This document shows positions 25,125 through 38,687 of a stretch of DNA of 64,000 nt, piece after piece. The stretch is taken from positions 185,442,001 to 185,506,000 of the forward strand of contig NC_091474.1 in the NCBI RefSeq assembly GCF_036971445.1, given 5' to 3'. The stretch is from Narcine bancroftii. Its lineage: Eukaryota. The stretch's first letter is position 1; the number at the start of each line of letters is the position of its first letter. The position numbers and the translations under genes are program-made. The notes beneath the pieces were generated by a model. That model saw only the letters and a program-made list of their open reading frames with translations, made no database searches and had not been told where the DNA came from.

Positions 25125-28100
25125 TGCTCTGATTAGAGGCCTGTAATCAATGGTGTGCTACAGGGATTGGAGCTGGGTCCACTGTTGTTTGTCATCTATA
25201 TTAATGACTTAGATGACAGTATGGTTAGCATGGTTAGTAAGTCTGTAGATGAGATCAAAATTGGTGATACTGCAGGCAGTGAAGAAAAAAACAGAATCTA
25301 GATGAACTGGAAAAGTGGTCCAAGTATTGATGTGGAATTTAACTTAGACAAATGAAAGTTATTGTACCTTGTAGGTTAAACCATGGTGTGACTTATACAG
25401 TGAATGGGAAGGGCCTATAGGGTATTTTAGAACAGAGAGACTCGGGAATATAACTCCACGGTCTATATGGCCACACAGATAGCCACAAATGTGTTTGAAA
25501 TGCCTGCCTTCATTGGTCTGGGCATTGAGTTCAGGACCAGCAATGTCTCTGTAAACATATTAATCTACTTATTCTAAAAGCATCACATTGACTAGATTTG
25601 AATGCAACATTTTGAGTTTGAAATTATGTTTCAAAATATTTCATAATGTCATTGTGTGTGAAATCTTTACATAGTGTACAGTGCTGCTTTTACATGCTCT
25701 GAGAATAACTAATTCAGATGTATAGTTAGTTAATTGTGCATCCTTATTATAAAGTTATTGAAGTTTTTATATATGACATCCACCCCATGTTGATTTGATT
25801 CAAACTAATTCCACGAACCAACTTTTCTGAAGCCTTTCATTGCATTGGTTCAGAAACGACTGCTCCTTTACCCTTTGTGCTATTATCATGGAGAAAAACA
25901 TTGTAGTTCCAGCTTCAGTGATAATTGCTGCATTTACGGCCATATCAAAAATAGTATCAGTACCCTAGGATTAGCAGAAGTAATGAAGGTATCGCTTGTT
26001 CTTTGATTTTTCACCCACAAGAAGAAATGTTCACAGTGATGTAAAATTAACATGGAAGGGGAATTCTGAAGGTACAGGATGTCTTACCATGTCAGAGTGC
26101 TATTTGTTTGTTCCACACCTGTTCATTAAAGCATATCTGTTTTGCTTTTAGAACCCTCTATTTGTCCAATAGGCATTCATTTTCCTTTAAAAATGATGGA
26201 ATCTATTCCAGTAAAATGGTCATATCCACCGACTAAGTGAACATTTTCTCTTAAATCCCATTTTCACTCTTTTGACGATGAAACATTTTGCATTCAAAGA
26301 ACAGAGAAAATATGTATTTTGAAATTTGCCCTGAATTCCTCTCTTAAAACCTCCTCCCTGTGTTCAATAAAGTATGATATAATATCGAAATGGAGCAGAA
26401 ATATTCATACTAGTATAAGCTGTAAAGTTGATAAATAGACTAAAAATCAATGCCCAGAATGGTAAGAAATGATTCTGGATTAATTCCAGCTGGTTCTTAT
26501 GTGGAATCTGCAGCTTTCATTTCGAACACAATGGATGGGCTGGAGTAGAAGTAGTGGAAGTATACTTTTTCAGTAGAAATGCTACAAACATCTTTATATT
26601 TTTGGAATTCATAGTCCAACAGGTGATTAAATACATCATTGTTTTGTGAATCAAGGTCATCTTCCCTGAAGAAAAAGGGTGCTTCAATTTTGTTTTAAAC
26701 CGACATCTTTCTCTTTAAAATAGACAGCTGAATGTTTTGTAATACTGTGCTTGGTTGGTTAACGTTTTACTTGAAAGGAATGTGAACAAGCATTTACCAG
26801 CACCTCTGATAGAATTTAACACTAAAACTGCAATGAGGGACAAGGCTGTAATTTTTTTTACTCCTTTCAGAAACAAAAAGTCAAATTGAGAGAGGATTTT
26901 AGGAGGTTTGGTTTATATGCTCTGAGATCATATAAATCAGAAACCACATCAGTCAAATTTCGGTCTGTTTCTGGCTTGATAGGGAAAAGGCAATCGAAGA
27001 AGTAGGGCAGTTTATTAATCAGCAGCGTGTTAATATCAATGTATGAATAATATATTTTTGGATCAATTTCTGTTAAGCAGTCAGCATATATGTGGAGGCA
27101 TTACTGCAGAGAAAAATTCCAAATAGAATCTCGTTATGATTTCATCAAAATTGATGCATGCTGTGTTCTTAACATCAGATTGGGCTTAAGAATGAAAGTT
27201 TGCAATCACTAAACGACCAGCATGAAAGCTCAGTGCCTTCGTAATCCAGCTAACATCCCAGACAGCTTCCTAAATATGTTCCAGTACTTACCAATTCCAT
27301 ATTTTTTCTGTTTTCTATTACACTTGTGTATTTTTCCATGGCTTGACATGAAATCTATTTGCATATTGTTCATTACGTATTTCAGTATATACAAATAATA
27401 TTTTTACTTTTGACTCTGGAACTTTTCCAAATTATATTGTTTTCCTCTCCCCTCCCATCCTATTCCCTTTGATGTTTTTCCATCCTTGATAGCTTTAGGA
27501 AGCCCATCCTTTCATCCATCACTCCAAAAGCTGCCTATTGGGAAGCATGCATCTTTTCACACTTGTTTGCCATCTCCCCAAATATTTATATACAGATAAT
27601 CATTTCATGTTACATTTTGTTTCATCATTTGATTCAAATTTGTATTTATTTCATCTCACTGCTGTAAATTTCCATGAGAGAATTTTTCATTACATTTAAA
27701 ACTATTCAGCTAATGAAATCATTCCCAAATGATAAAATCATTTTAAATAATTATAATTAATTAATATTGTTTCATTTTAACATTTGATTTTCACATTTGC
27801 ACTTTGTGAATACTTATTCATTCATAAATTTAAATAAATTCATTACTTAAATAGAATTTTTTCCCCAAAAATTCTGTGCCTGCTGTTCTTTTATGACTAG
27901 GACTGTAATATCCTCAGCTACAATTAGCATCTAGAGAAATACAGAATAACAGTGTGTCCTGGGATTTTCCATAGTCAATGCTACAAAAGAAACATTGGTC
28001 TTATGGATGGGTGGATTGTTGTGGTTGACAACAAAGAAATAAGTAGAGCGCATGTTGAGTTTTGAAACAGAAGATAATATTGTTATCAACCATTTGTATT

Positions 28101-28629
28101 CCACAAAATCACTTAAAAGTTACAAATAGAGGTAACTTTCTCATCAGGTTTTTTGGAAAAGTAATCATATGGATCTGCAATGACATCGTTGATGCAGTTA
28201 TAATGAAGTATGGGGAATGTAGGAGCTCTGTAAAGTAGGATGGCAGGTAGATTACTGGAGTATGTGATCTGGAATACAACAGGGATCAGTCTTATCAACT
28301 TTGTTTCCAGCTGTATTCTTAATTTTAGAGCCAAAGAGATGGGGCTTATTTCAGAGACAGAAAATCTTTCAAAAGCTTAAAGTGAATTTTAAATCCATCC
28401 TCAGCATACAAAACAGGGACACGTTTTGAACAGAAAATCTTTTGTGACTCTGTCTTATGCACCATGGTACCTTGCATGTACACCCAACAAATGAAATATC
28501 TGTCATTAGAACCAAGTCTTCAAAAGGATTTCACTTGCATTTGACATGCTAAATGAATGCAGTAGTTGGCTCAAATGCCCATTACGGGGCCTGCAAAAAG
28601 CTACTAACTTGTTGAAAGTTGGTATTAAA

Positions 28630-28955
28630 AAATGCTAGCTTCCTCCCTCCTCTCCTATCCTTCTCCCCCTTCACCCCATCTTTTTAAAACTCCCTCCCCA
28701 GTCTTTCTCTTTGCATTCCCCTCTGTCTCCTTTCTTCCAAATCCTCACCACCTCCCTCTTCTAGCAAAGAACTACCTTTGCTCTGTCCCCATCACTTCTC
28801 ATCTTCTACTCTCTCATCTATCATCTGATAGACTGTGCCCCTCCTCCTTCCCTTTCTTTCTTCCTCTTCCTTCAGGCCCAAAACGTTGATTGTCATTTAG
28901 TTCCGATAGATGCTGGGTGACCTGTTGAGCTTCTCCAGCATTTTTGAGTATGGTG
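28630..28955 (+). mobile_element. Penelope-like 3'/terminal fragment
   Basis: Pyrimidine-rich tract, then CAGGCCCAAAACGTTG...AGATGCTG...CCTGTTGAGCTTCTCCAGCATTTT. Confidence 0.65.
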
Positions 28956-30689
28956 CTTTCTGCATTGAAACGCTGCCTGTTCATTTTCCAACAGTAGATT
29001 AAATATCTTTGCTCCTTAAAATATATTTTCCAGACAGTCACTTCACAGTAGCATATACTGCCCTGGAGGTGATATAAACTGGTGAATGCAAGAGGGAGGA
29101 TCTGGCTCTGGCATGCCCAGCCTGATTTTCAAAAGGGTGAGACTTAAACCAAATATGGACACAAATGTGCTAAAATGTGCAAAATCATTTTACATTAGAT
29201 TGATGCATAAAAGGGTGAACATTTCCTTGTACATTTCTTAAATCTGATTATCTATTTTGATTTATCACTATTGATAGAACTGGAAGGAGAAGTGAAAAGT
29301 AAAATGGCAAACTTTTACAAACTTTTCATTTTATCTGCTTAACAATATTCAGAATTATCAATTTGCCCACCCATCAGACTATAGAACACTGAATTTTATT
29401 GCATTTATTCCATCATTTAACTTCTTTGTAATTTTTAGACCCTTCCACCTTGAATTTAAAGTTTTCGTCTGCACTAGATACCTTTCCGTCACCTCTGCTC
29501 ATGTCCTGCATGTTTCTGAAATTCCAACAATCCAACTCTCTTTGTGATGTTCATTCCAAAGACTGGAGTCTCTTCTGTATACATTCTCCCTTCACTCCAA
29601 ACCTGCTTCTTTACCTTTCTGCAACCTTTACTGCCATCTTTAGCATCTGACAGGGATTAGTCAGAAGTTGTGGAATAATGTGGCTACCAGGCATTAAATA
29701 CAAACAAGAATCAGTTATTTTTTTTAAACTGTTCAAATGTAAAATACAACCAGTAATCAGTTTTAAATCAGCTCTGTAAGCAAACAGAACTGTCTACAGA
29801 GCACAGGCTAGTGAGCCACCGCAATGATTGCCACATTGACACGACCATGAGATGTTTCAGTATGCATCAACCAAATGTGAGACAATGGGGCGATGTTGAT
29901 TTTTCTGCATCACACCAGGAATCAGACATCTTTAGTTAAGTTATTCTGCACCATTGAGATTGAGATCAAGGAAGCTTCCAGTCTAGTCTTATCTTGTCAC
30001 TGAGCACATCAAATATGGTATAGTTATATTTGCTCTGACAATTAGTCATTTGGATTTTTATGTATGCAGAAAGACAACCCTCACAACATTAATTTGGATG
30101 TTTGGGTTCTCTGTCCTTTGAAGCATTGAGGCCATCTAGAAAAATGTTGTTGTCCCAGCAAAGGTGTTTTAACATTCAGAGGTACCTTGTCAGATGCAGT
30201 GTGCTCCCATTGGAAATATATAAGTCAATGGAACTGTTTGCCAGAATACTGATGGAAACAATGTCATTGTAGTTATTGAAATTGCATTGAATTGCCTGCT
30301 GTTATTTTGTTCTTAATAATTTAAAAATCCAAGGTGCTTTGAGTTTGGGAGACTCTGTTGAGAAGAATTCCATTTACCAGCTTCAGGTTCCAGTGATATT
30401 GTCACATTCGTAACTGTTCCCACTTGTTTGCTTACATTTTAAATTTCTTAACATTCAATTTCATGCTTTTGTGAAGCAGTTTGGATATACTTTTATGTTA
30501 CTCTTCCCACTGGTGTCAGCAAACAGTGTTAACAAAACACTATACTTTTGACAACCTGAATAAAATCTGGAGAAATTATCGACACATCTCAAAACAAAGA
30601 TCTAACTGTTCTGTAAACATCTTATTTAGTCTACTTATGGAATTGAAGACTCTAGTTTTAAAAAAAAGTCACTTCTAACATCAATTTCT

Positions 30690-33010
30690 TTTCAAGTCCT
30701 GTTTGGAGAGATAAGGTGATGACCAAGATAATGAGAATGGAATGCTACCAGAAAGCCAAATTGCTCAACAATCAACCTAGAAATTACACGTCTAGAATTA
30801 GTGGTGGGGAGATTTTCAGAGACAATAATTCAGGTTGAAACTAGCTGACATTTGAAAATATATGAGTAAATGAATAAAAGTCAGAATGGATTTGTTGCAG
30901 GCAAATTAAATGTGATTAACGATTTAGCGAATGGTTTCTTGAAATGACTTCTGAGTCATTTGCCAAGGTACCACATTACGCAGTGCTCCGCCGATGATCC
31001 TTCCCCGAGAGGGGTTGCAGTTGGCCCCTTGGAGCCGGGACAGCACATTCATAGATGTAAGTGTCCTAACGTAAGAGCAGAGAATCTCTGCCTTTATAGT
31101 TGGACTTTTTCACTGCATGAAAGACCCTAAAGTTCACTTTATTATAGGGGTGTAATTATTTACTTATTTAAGACCATTCTGGTTCGTTTTCTTAATTATC
31201 CTTAATCTGAATTTTCTGCTCTTTTGTCCTTCTGTCAACAGGAACAGTTTGTTTTCATTTACTTAATGATCTTGAACACTTCCATCAAATATAATTTTAA
31301 CCTGCTCTGTTCTGAGAGAAAAATGGAAGGTTCGAGAGAGAACATGTTTATTAGACAAAAGATGAGTGTCCATAGGTGTTTTCCAAAGTTAAATATTGGG
31401 AACATTGCAATATTTATTAGTGGCTGGATGTGACTATAAATAGTATAAAGTACTAGATGAATTGAAAGTTTAGAATGTTACAAATAAGGAAGAAATTTGT
31501 AATGAACAGACATGCATCAGATATAATGATAAAATACATCAGATTTTTTTTTATCTCATACCATGAGGAAAATTCTTTGGCTTGGCTTCGCGGACGAAGA
31601 TTTATGGAGGGGGTAAAAAGTCCACGTCAGCTGCAGGCTCGTTTGTGGCTGACAAGTCCGATGCGGGACAGGCAGACACGGTTGCAGCGGCTGCAGGGGA
31701 AAATTGGTGGGTTGGGGTTGGGTGTTGGGTTTTTCCTCCTTTGCCTTTTGTCAGTGAGGTGGGCTCTGCGGTCTTCTTCAAAGGAGGTTGCTGCCCGCCT
31801 AACTGTGAGGCACGAAGATGCACGGTTTGAGGCAATATCAGCCCACTGGCGGTGGTCAATGTGGCAGGCACCAAGAGATTTCTTTAGGCAGTCCTTGTAC
31901 CTTTTCTTTGGTGCACCTCTGTCACGGTGGCCAGTGGAGAGCTCGCCATATAACACGATCTTGGGAAGGCGATGGTCCTCCATTCTGGAGACGTGACCCA
32001 TCCAGCGCAGCTGGATCTTCAGCAGCATGGACTCGATGCTGTCGACCTCTGCCATCTCGAGTACTTCGACGTTAGGGATGTAAGCGCTCCAATGGATGTT
32101 GAGGATGGAGCGGAGACAAATAAATTTGAACAAAATGGTACAATTTTTGTCAGGGAACTAGTTTCAGAATGAATTATGAGATGACAGAGAGGAACTATTC
32201 ACAGTGTAAAAAGGTGGACCGTAACATTCCACAAGGACAATTACTTCAAACATATTAATAATTTATACTTAATAATGAAAAATACTATTTACATGTTTGC
32301 AAATAATTTTAATTTAGATGGGAGGAATCAGTCTGAGGATTGCAACAAATTACATGGAAATATTAATAAATGTTTGGAATGGGAGAATAAGTATCAAATT
32401 AAATTCAATAGCAATAAACGTGAGATAGCCATTTTTTTAGGAATTTATAACCTGAAAGTTGCGAATCCAGGTGGAGCAGAGAAATAAGATTGTACCACAG
32501 GTTAACATGATGATAAATAAAACAAAACAAACATTGGGATATATTTCTCGAAAGAAGGTGCATTAATGATTTGAGACTTGTTAAATCACTCTTAGATTTT
32601 GGTATTAAATTATTCTCACCAGGTCATGAGAAAGAATATAAAGGCATTGGGGAGGGCACAGGGAAGATTTACAAGGATGATACCAGAAATAGAAGGATGT
32701 ACTTGTTGACTCTTGGAAAAAAAGAGAGCTGAGGGATGATTTTTAAAATTGTTTTAATGCAGAAGGAATATTTCCACTGTCAATAGAGGCAGAGAGACAG
32801 CAGAGAGACATCCAAAAAGGAATTAAAACAAATCTTCTTTCCCCAAAGAGTTGTTTGTGAAGCTCACCATTGCAGCTACATAACTACAATGAATGAGATG
32901 CTGGGTGAGCACATGAAAATTACACTGATCTATTTAAGTAAGGAAAGACAAGAAGTAGTCCAAGTTGCTCTTCAACATCAACATAGACTGGTTTTGCTGG
33001 CAGGCCTGCT
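30690..33010 (+). mobile_element. Very old CR1 RT-to-tail remnant, interrupted by an RTE copy
   Basis: Decayed SQNGF..GK (30880), KVPH (30965), MFANN (32292) and a QGRFTRMIP-like stretch (32658). Confidence 0.55.
31573..32119 (-). mobile_element. RTE-clade LINE, 5'-truncated
   Basis: ORF 31627-32133 CLRSILNIHWSAYIPNVEVLEMAEVDSIES...SHKRACS; family tail at 31573-31600. Confidence 0.95.
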
Positions 33011-33104
33011 CCTGAATCCTTTGTGAAATGGATGCAGGGACAGAGAAATCTGGAGTGCATGTGTAAAAATTGAGAAATCTTAACAATATCAGAGAAATTT
33101 TATT

Positions 33105-33570
33105 TTGTTTTGAAAATTTTATTTAAAGATTTTACAAAAAGTAAAACATTTTTTAAATCCTGTCCCCCGCCCCCTCCACTTTCCACCTAAACTATCCCAT
33201 CCCACCCACCCACCCACCCTCGGAGCTAAGAAAAAATATTTTCTGGGCATTTAACGGTAACTGTTTGGTGTGCCAACCCTTTACATATCATTTACTTAAC
33301 ATCCATACCCATATATTCTAAATATAAACTCTACATCTTAAAAAAAGGGTAATTATTTTGCAAATTATAAGTTATTTTTTCAAATACAAACATGATTGCA
33401 GTTCACTATGCCACCTTTGTAGATTCAATTCCACATCATTTTTCCATGTAGTAGCTATACATTTTCTTGCTACAGCTAACCCTAATCGTACAAATGCTAA
33501 TTGTGGTTTATCCATCCACAAACCAGTCAATTTTGTTTTATTAATAGAAGTTGAGAACACACATGAAGGG
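33105..33570 (-). mobile_element. L1 3' end fragment
   Basis: ORF 33372-33560 FVRLGLAVARKCIATTWK...RWHSELQSCLYL, followed by a G-rich 3' UTR. Confidence 0.75.
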
Positions 33571-33925
33571 AAATTGAATGTGAGATTTTATTGTCATATA
33601 CATAAGAACAATGTATAATGTGAGTATTTTTATAAACGAGTCTAGTTTGCAAAGACAGAAAAAGATAACTAATATAAAAGTATAGATCTGTGAATAGTCA
33701 CAGCTGGAGTTCATGCAAAAAAAAGTAATGTTTGAAAAATACAGGCAAATCTTTGGATGGTCCCAGTTTATGGTCATGGTTTTGGTATTACAGAGAGGTT
33801 CAAGAGAATGATAGCCATTGGGCAAAAAGCTGTTCTTGAACCAAGAAGTCCTGGACTTCTGAAGAAATTTTAATTATTTTCAATTCTGAATACTATACTT
33901 TTAGGAGCTCTCATTGTCTGGGAGG

Positions 33926-34099
33926 TGTCATGATAATGAATATGTATGAGATGTACCGGAAGTCACGTGGTATGAGAGAGAGATAAGGACACAAGCAAGA
34001 GAACAAAGGAAACTGGAGAATAAAGACACTCAGAAGTTTACCTGATAAACTTGTGTTTAATGTTTTAATAACTTCACATTTCGGGCCACAAATGTGACA
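33926..34099 (+). repeat. 5' LTR
   Basis: Direct repeat of 38514-38687 with 4 mismatches by eye; contains AATAAA. Confidence 0.98.
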
Positions 34100-34100
34100 C

Positions 34101-34114
34101 TGGCGACGAGGATG
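34101..34114 (+). promoter_or_regulatory. Primer-binding site, tRNA-Ser(GCT)
   Basis: TGGCGACGAGGATG, 1 nt after the LTR, complementary to the tRNA-Ser(GCT) 3' end ...CAUCCUCGUCGCCA (recalled sequence). Confidence 0.88.
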
Positions 34115-34229
34115 AAAGAAGCTTGAAGAAAATTAAAGACTAAACAAGATTACAGAGGATTACAGACAACTTCAAGGTGATAAGAATTTTCTCTGTGACT
34201 CAGTACTTTTGGGGCTGGAATATTTCCTT

Positions 34230-37200
34230 ATGGCTGGGGCAGACAGTGACTTTCTAACACATAGTGGAATTGCTCATTTTGACCCAACGGGTGATGCAAG
34301 CACTGTAAGTGTGAAGTGGAAGGCATGGCTGGAAGAATTTGAATCCTACGCCGACAGTCGTGGCCTATTTCTAGATACCGGTACAGTTGAACAAAAAGCG
34401 CAGAGAAGGGCGTTACTTCTTTTCACTGCAGGACCCTCAGTTCGGGAAACATTTAAGACACTTTTGAATACTGGAAGAAAGGATGAGTACCGGAAAGCGG
34501 TAGATGCATTAAACGCACACTATGTAGTGACACCGAATGCTACATTTCAACGCCATTTGTTTCGGAGAACGAGACAAGAAGATGGCCAGACAATTGCTCA
34601 GTACGTGACGAGACTACGCCAGCTAGCTGTTGGATGCAATTACATGCCAGCTGATTTGGACAACCAATTATTGGATCAAGTCGTACAGCACTGCAGATCA
34701 GATAAACTCAGAAGACGTCTACTGGAAAGAGGGAGTGAGTTGGAACTCACCGATGCTTTAACCATTGCTGCTGTATTAGAGGCTGCTGAAGGGCAATTTC
34801 ATACCATGACCCTGAAAGACAACTCAAGCCAGCAAATTAAGAGGCTCTCACATCGCCATAATCAGCCAAGACATACGCCGACACAGGACGTGGAGTGTTA
34901 TAGATGTGGAAACTGAGGTCACTTTGGAAAAGACCCATATTGCCCGGCCAAAGGCAAAGTTTGCAGAAAGTGTGGAGGTAAGGACCACTTTGCAAAGAAG
35001 TGCAAAAGCAAGTCTAATGCAGACCAGAAGAGGAAGAGTACAACTTCCAAAGGCAAAGCCTGGGGGAAAGGAAAGTATCCTGGAAAGAAAGATACCATTC
35101 GCCAGATAGACGGTGACGATGATGATACCCAGGAGGAACAGAGTTGTTACCAATTTACGTTGAATGAAGTACGTCATGAGAAGGTCCCAGTGATCATTGG
35201 TGGAGTGACAGTTCAGGTCATTGTAGACTCAGGCAGTGACAGTAATGTGATCGATCGACATTTATGGGAGAAGTTGAAAAGGAAAAAGATCATCTGTACC
35301 TCAAAGAAGTGTTCCAAGAAACTGTATCCATACACAGCAACCAAGCCATTGCAGACCATTGGATGTTTTACTGCAACTGTTGAAGCTGGAGATAAGTACA
35401 CCGAAGCAGAGTTTATGGTCATAGAAGAGAGGGGAGAACCATTGCTGAGTAGAAGCACAGCGCAAGACCTGGCAATACTTCATACTGGAGCTTGTGTCAA
35501 TTCAATTCAGTCATATGAGGATATGAAGCAAGAATTCCCCGCAGTCTTCCAAGGAGTAGGAAAGCTGAAAGGTCGACAATTGAAGCTAGCGGTAGATGAA
35601 ACGGTCAAACCCAAGGCACAACCAATGCGCCGAACTCCGTTTGAACTTCGTGGGAAAGTCGAAGCCAAAATTAAAGAATTGATCGAACAAGACATTATTG
35701 AACCGGTGGAACATTCGACACAATGGGTCAGTCCTGTAGTGATTGTGCCCAAACCAAAGGGTGACATAAGACTATGTGTTGACATGAGAATGGCCAATGA
35801 AGCTATAATTAGAGAATGACACCCTATACCAACAGTGGAGGAAATACTTCAAGAACTAACTACCAGCAAGGTATTCTCAAAAATTGATCTGAAATGGGGC
35901 TATCATCAATTAGAGCTGGATCCAGGTTCCCGAGATATAACTACATTTGTGACTCACTGTGGATTGTATCGTTACAAGAGACTATCATTTGGAATTAATG
36001 CAGCTTCGGAGATCTACCAGTATGAAATCCATCGAGTGATTCAAGGCATTCCTGGAGTTGCCAACATTTCTGACGACATCATAGTCCATGCACCAACAAA
36101 GGAAGAGCATGACAAACGGTTGAGGCGTGTACTATCTAGACTACAGGAGGCAAGCCTTACCGTGAATGGAAACAAGTGCCAGTTCGGTGTGTCAGAAATG
36201 GACTTCATGGGACACAGACTTACACGGAAAGGACTAAACCTTGCAGAGGCCAAGGTGAAAGCTATTGCAGAGGCACGTGCACCTCAGAACGCAACAGAGG
36301 TGAGGAGTTTCCTGGGATTGGTCAATTTTTGTGCAAAGTTCATTCCTAATTTCGCTACAGTGGCAGAACCACTAAGGAAACTAACCAGGAAAGGTGTACC
36401 ATTTCATTTTGGATCTGAGCAGAAGAAAGCGTTCACAGCGCTGAAGCAAAGCATGACAGATGCAAAAACTCTTGGATATTACGATTCGGCGGCATCAACC
36501 AAAGTCATAGCAGATGCCAGCCCAGTTGGTTTAGGAGCCGTGTTGGTCCAGATGCATGATGGAGGACCAAGAATCATTGCCTATGCCAGCAGATTGTTAT
36601 CAGATGTGGAAAGAAGATACTCTCAGACAGAGAAAGAAGCACTCGGACTTGTACGGGCCTGTGAGAGGTTCCATGCATATTTATACGGCATTGAATTTGA
36701 ACTCATCACAGATCATAAGCCATTAGAGGTGATCTATGCACCTAGATCCAAACCATGTGCCAGAATAGAGAGATGGGTACTCAGACTACAACCCTACAAA
36801 TATAAAGTAATCCACATAGCATTGAAAGCAAACATTGCTGATCCGCTGTTCAGATTGGTGAAGGATGGATGTCCACAATCCAAGTCAGAATTGGGAACAG
36901 AGACAGAGAGCTTTGTACGCTTCGTAGCTATTCAGGCAACACCGAAAGCTGTGACTACGAAGGAGGTCGAGAGAGAATCTGAACGTGATCCAGAACTCAT
37001 GGAAGTAAGAGAATGCATACAGAGTGGACAATGGGACAACTGTACTCACAAGGCTTACATTCCCATTAGAAACGAACTTTGTTGCATCGGACAGTGTGTA
37101 TTGAGAGGTTGCAGATTGGTGATACCGCAAAGATTGAGACCGAAGATCGTATCCTTAGCGCATGAAGGACACCTAGGCATTGTTGGTACCAAGCAAAACC

Positions 37201-38327
37201 TCAGAACCAAGGTTTGGTGGCCAGGTTGTGATAAAGACGCAGAGAAATTTGTTAAAACTTGTCACGGATGTCAAATCACAAGTAGGAGTAATCCGCCAGA
37301 ACTGATCCGGAGTACGCAATTTCCGACAGGACCATGGATCGACGTAGCTGTTGATTTTCTTGGACCTTTACCGACGGGTGAATCAATTATGGTAGTGATA
37401 GATTACTACAGCAGATACTATGAGTACGTGGTGTTGAAGTCCACAACCACTGAAAAAACAATACAAGCGTTAGCAGAGATATTTGCAAGATATGGATTAC
37501 CTGTTACATTATACTCTGACAATGGTCCACAATTCATTTCAGAGACATTTGCGGAATACGTGAGGACCACAGGTATCCACCATCATAAAATAACTCCGAA
37601 ATGGCCACAAGCCAATGGAGAAGTAGAGAGACAAAATCAGTCCATTGAAAAACGATTGAGGATTGCACAAGCAGAAGGACAAAATTGGCGAGAAGCATTG
37701 CTATCTTATGTGGCTGTCTATCGAGCAACGCCTCATGCAACCACTGGAAAAAGTCCTGCAGAAGCATTTTTTGGGAGAAAAATCCGCACAAAAATGCCAG
37801 AAATAAAGGAAATCCAAGACGACCAGGAGATGAGGGACCACGATGCTGAAAAGAAAGGTGCAGCAAAGCTGTACACAGATTCGAAACGTGGAGCCAAGTA
37901 TTCAAACATCATGCCAGGAGATAATGTTCTAGTGAGGCATGAAACTGGTGGTAAGCTAGACACACCTTATTACCATCAACCCTATACTATCGTATCCAGA
38001 AGTGGCAGTATGGTGACAGTCAAGTCTCCGACTGGAGTCCTGTATAAGAGAAATGTATCCGGTGTAAAAAGGTACCAGTCCAGAGATACATCGAGCGAAG
38101 AGGTTGAAAGGCCAATACGAGATGCTGAAACTGAGAGACCTGATGATGTTCCAGAGGCAGTTACCAGCACTCCTGATGAAGTGACTAGAGCGCCAGAAAC
38201 ACCCGAAGCCATGGAGAGCAGTATTTCCGACGCTGAGAGTGAACAACCGAGAAGCGACGACAATATCGCAGGCAGGCCGAAACGAGACCGGAAAGTGCCC
38301 AAACGATACGAAGACTTTGTGCCATAG
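34230..38327 (+). pseudogene. gag-pol: Single-frame gag-pol polyprotein (~1365 codons) with two premature TGA stops (34914-34916 and 35817-35819)
   Basis: ORFs at 34209, 35160 and 35835 share one frame. Two zinc knuckles CYRCGN*GHFGKDPYC and CRKCGGKDHFAKKC; protease IVDSGS; RT KIDLKWGYHQ and NISDDII; RNase H DASPVGLG, EKEAL, TDHKPL; integrase HEGH..CHGC, AVDF, SDNGPQF, NGEVER. Confidence 0.95.
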
Positions 38328-38503
38328 TTTTAATAAGAACTTTGGGACAGTATTTTAATCTTATATCATAAAGTGCATGTATGAGTGCTGTAGGAAGTAA
38401 ATTTTATGTAGTTGAGTTATAGTATTACCATTAGTTACGATGTTTGTACGTTTCCGAGGGATATTGGTAAGTAATATTACTAAAGTAAAGTTTATTTCTG
38501 ATT

Positions 38504-38513
38504 AAAGGAGGGA
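38504..38513 (+). promoter_or_regulatory. Polypurine tract
   Basis: AAAGGAGGGA directly before the 3' LTR. Confidence 0.9.
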
Positions 38514-38687
38514 TGTCATGATAATGAATATGTATGAGATGTACCGGACGTCACGTGGTATGAGAGAGAGATAAGAACACAAGCAAGAGAACAAAGGAAA
38601 CGGGAGAATAAAGACACTCAGAAGTTTACCTGATAAACTTGTGTTTAATGTTTTATTAACTTCACATTTCGGGCCACAAATGTGACA
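38514..38687 (+). repeat. 3' LTR
   Basis: Direct repeat of 33926-34099. Confidence 0.98.

Larger units (their letters stand above)
23470..25545 (+). mobile_element. Decayed CR1 LINE RT region with two nested insertions (23788-24470 and 24809-25124)
   Basis: SFVFTVE, GNYRPVSL, MDFRKAFDKVPHDRLVQKV, a GVLQGLELGPLLFVIYINDLD-like stretch at ~25152. Confidence 0.85.
33926..38687 (+). mobile_element. Full-length Ty3/Gypsy (Mag-like) LTR retrotransposon, 4762 bp
   Basis: 174-bp LTRs, TGTCA...TGACA termini, perfect TSD GGAGG (33921-33925 and 38688-38692), PBS, PPT, domain order Gag-PR-RT-RH-IN. Confidence 0.98.

Noticed and set aside
28113-28334. Minus-strand ORF with an acceptor-like TGTTGTATTCCAG, a possible exon
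   Set aside because: No recognisable protein similarity, two frames are equally open, and no partner exons were found; needs RNA-seq.
34848-38302. Antisense and alternate-frame ORFs within the Gypsy element; possible env
   Set aside because: Short shadow ORFs of gag-pol; only ~190 bp separate pol from the 3' LTR, leaving no room for env.
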